This document shows, one piece after another, positions 63,958 through 64,000 of a stretch of DNA of 64,000 nucleotides (position 1 is the first letter of the stretch; each line of letters starts with the position of its first letter). Location: the NCBI GenBank assembly GCA_002269645.1, contig NIVC01000907.1, positions 306,858 to 370,857 on the forward strand. Reading direction: 5' to 3'. Under the pieces are notes generated by a model. The model was not told the DNA's origin. It made no database searches and saw only the letters and a list, made by a program, of their open reading frames with translations. This DNA is from Macrostomum lignano (Eukaryota). A program made the translations under genes and the position numbers.

Positions 63958-64000
63958 CTGCGGATTGACAGAGCGGATTGAGGCTGAGTCTCACAGAGAT

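Overview
Eukaryotic (animal) genomic DNA: GC-rich GT-AG spliced exons separated by introns that mostly carry their own minisatellite. This style resembles a free-living flatworm such as Macrostomum (inference only). Genes supported by hand-spliced models: WDR59 last exon; FAM177A1-like; tRNA-Val(TAC); a myosin-light-chain/calmodulin-like locus with two N-lobe exons and only one visible C-lobe exon; two divergent intronless TRPV-like channel ORFs sharing a 479-bp near-identical inverted tract; a 539-aa uncharacterised EF-hand protein; intronless PPA1; an ankyrin-SOCS box protein; an Hv1/HVCN1-like voltage-sensor-only protein not shown by the ORF track; UBE2Q; and the end of an ETS gene with a frameshift. 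Mobile DNA: an Ingi-type LINE (5' HDV-like ribozyme, 2A peptide, 2 PHD fingers, APE, RT, RNase H), a ~250-bp non-coding element headed by a second HDV-like ribozyme, a truncated RTE-like LINE, tRNA-derived SINEs (two families) and a DD34D mariner. Best leads: the Hv-like protein with D112Q/W207L/R211H-equivalent changes, the ribozyme-headed short element in (CAA)n, and the TRP inverted conversion tract. All alignments and folds were done by eye; no database was searched.
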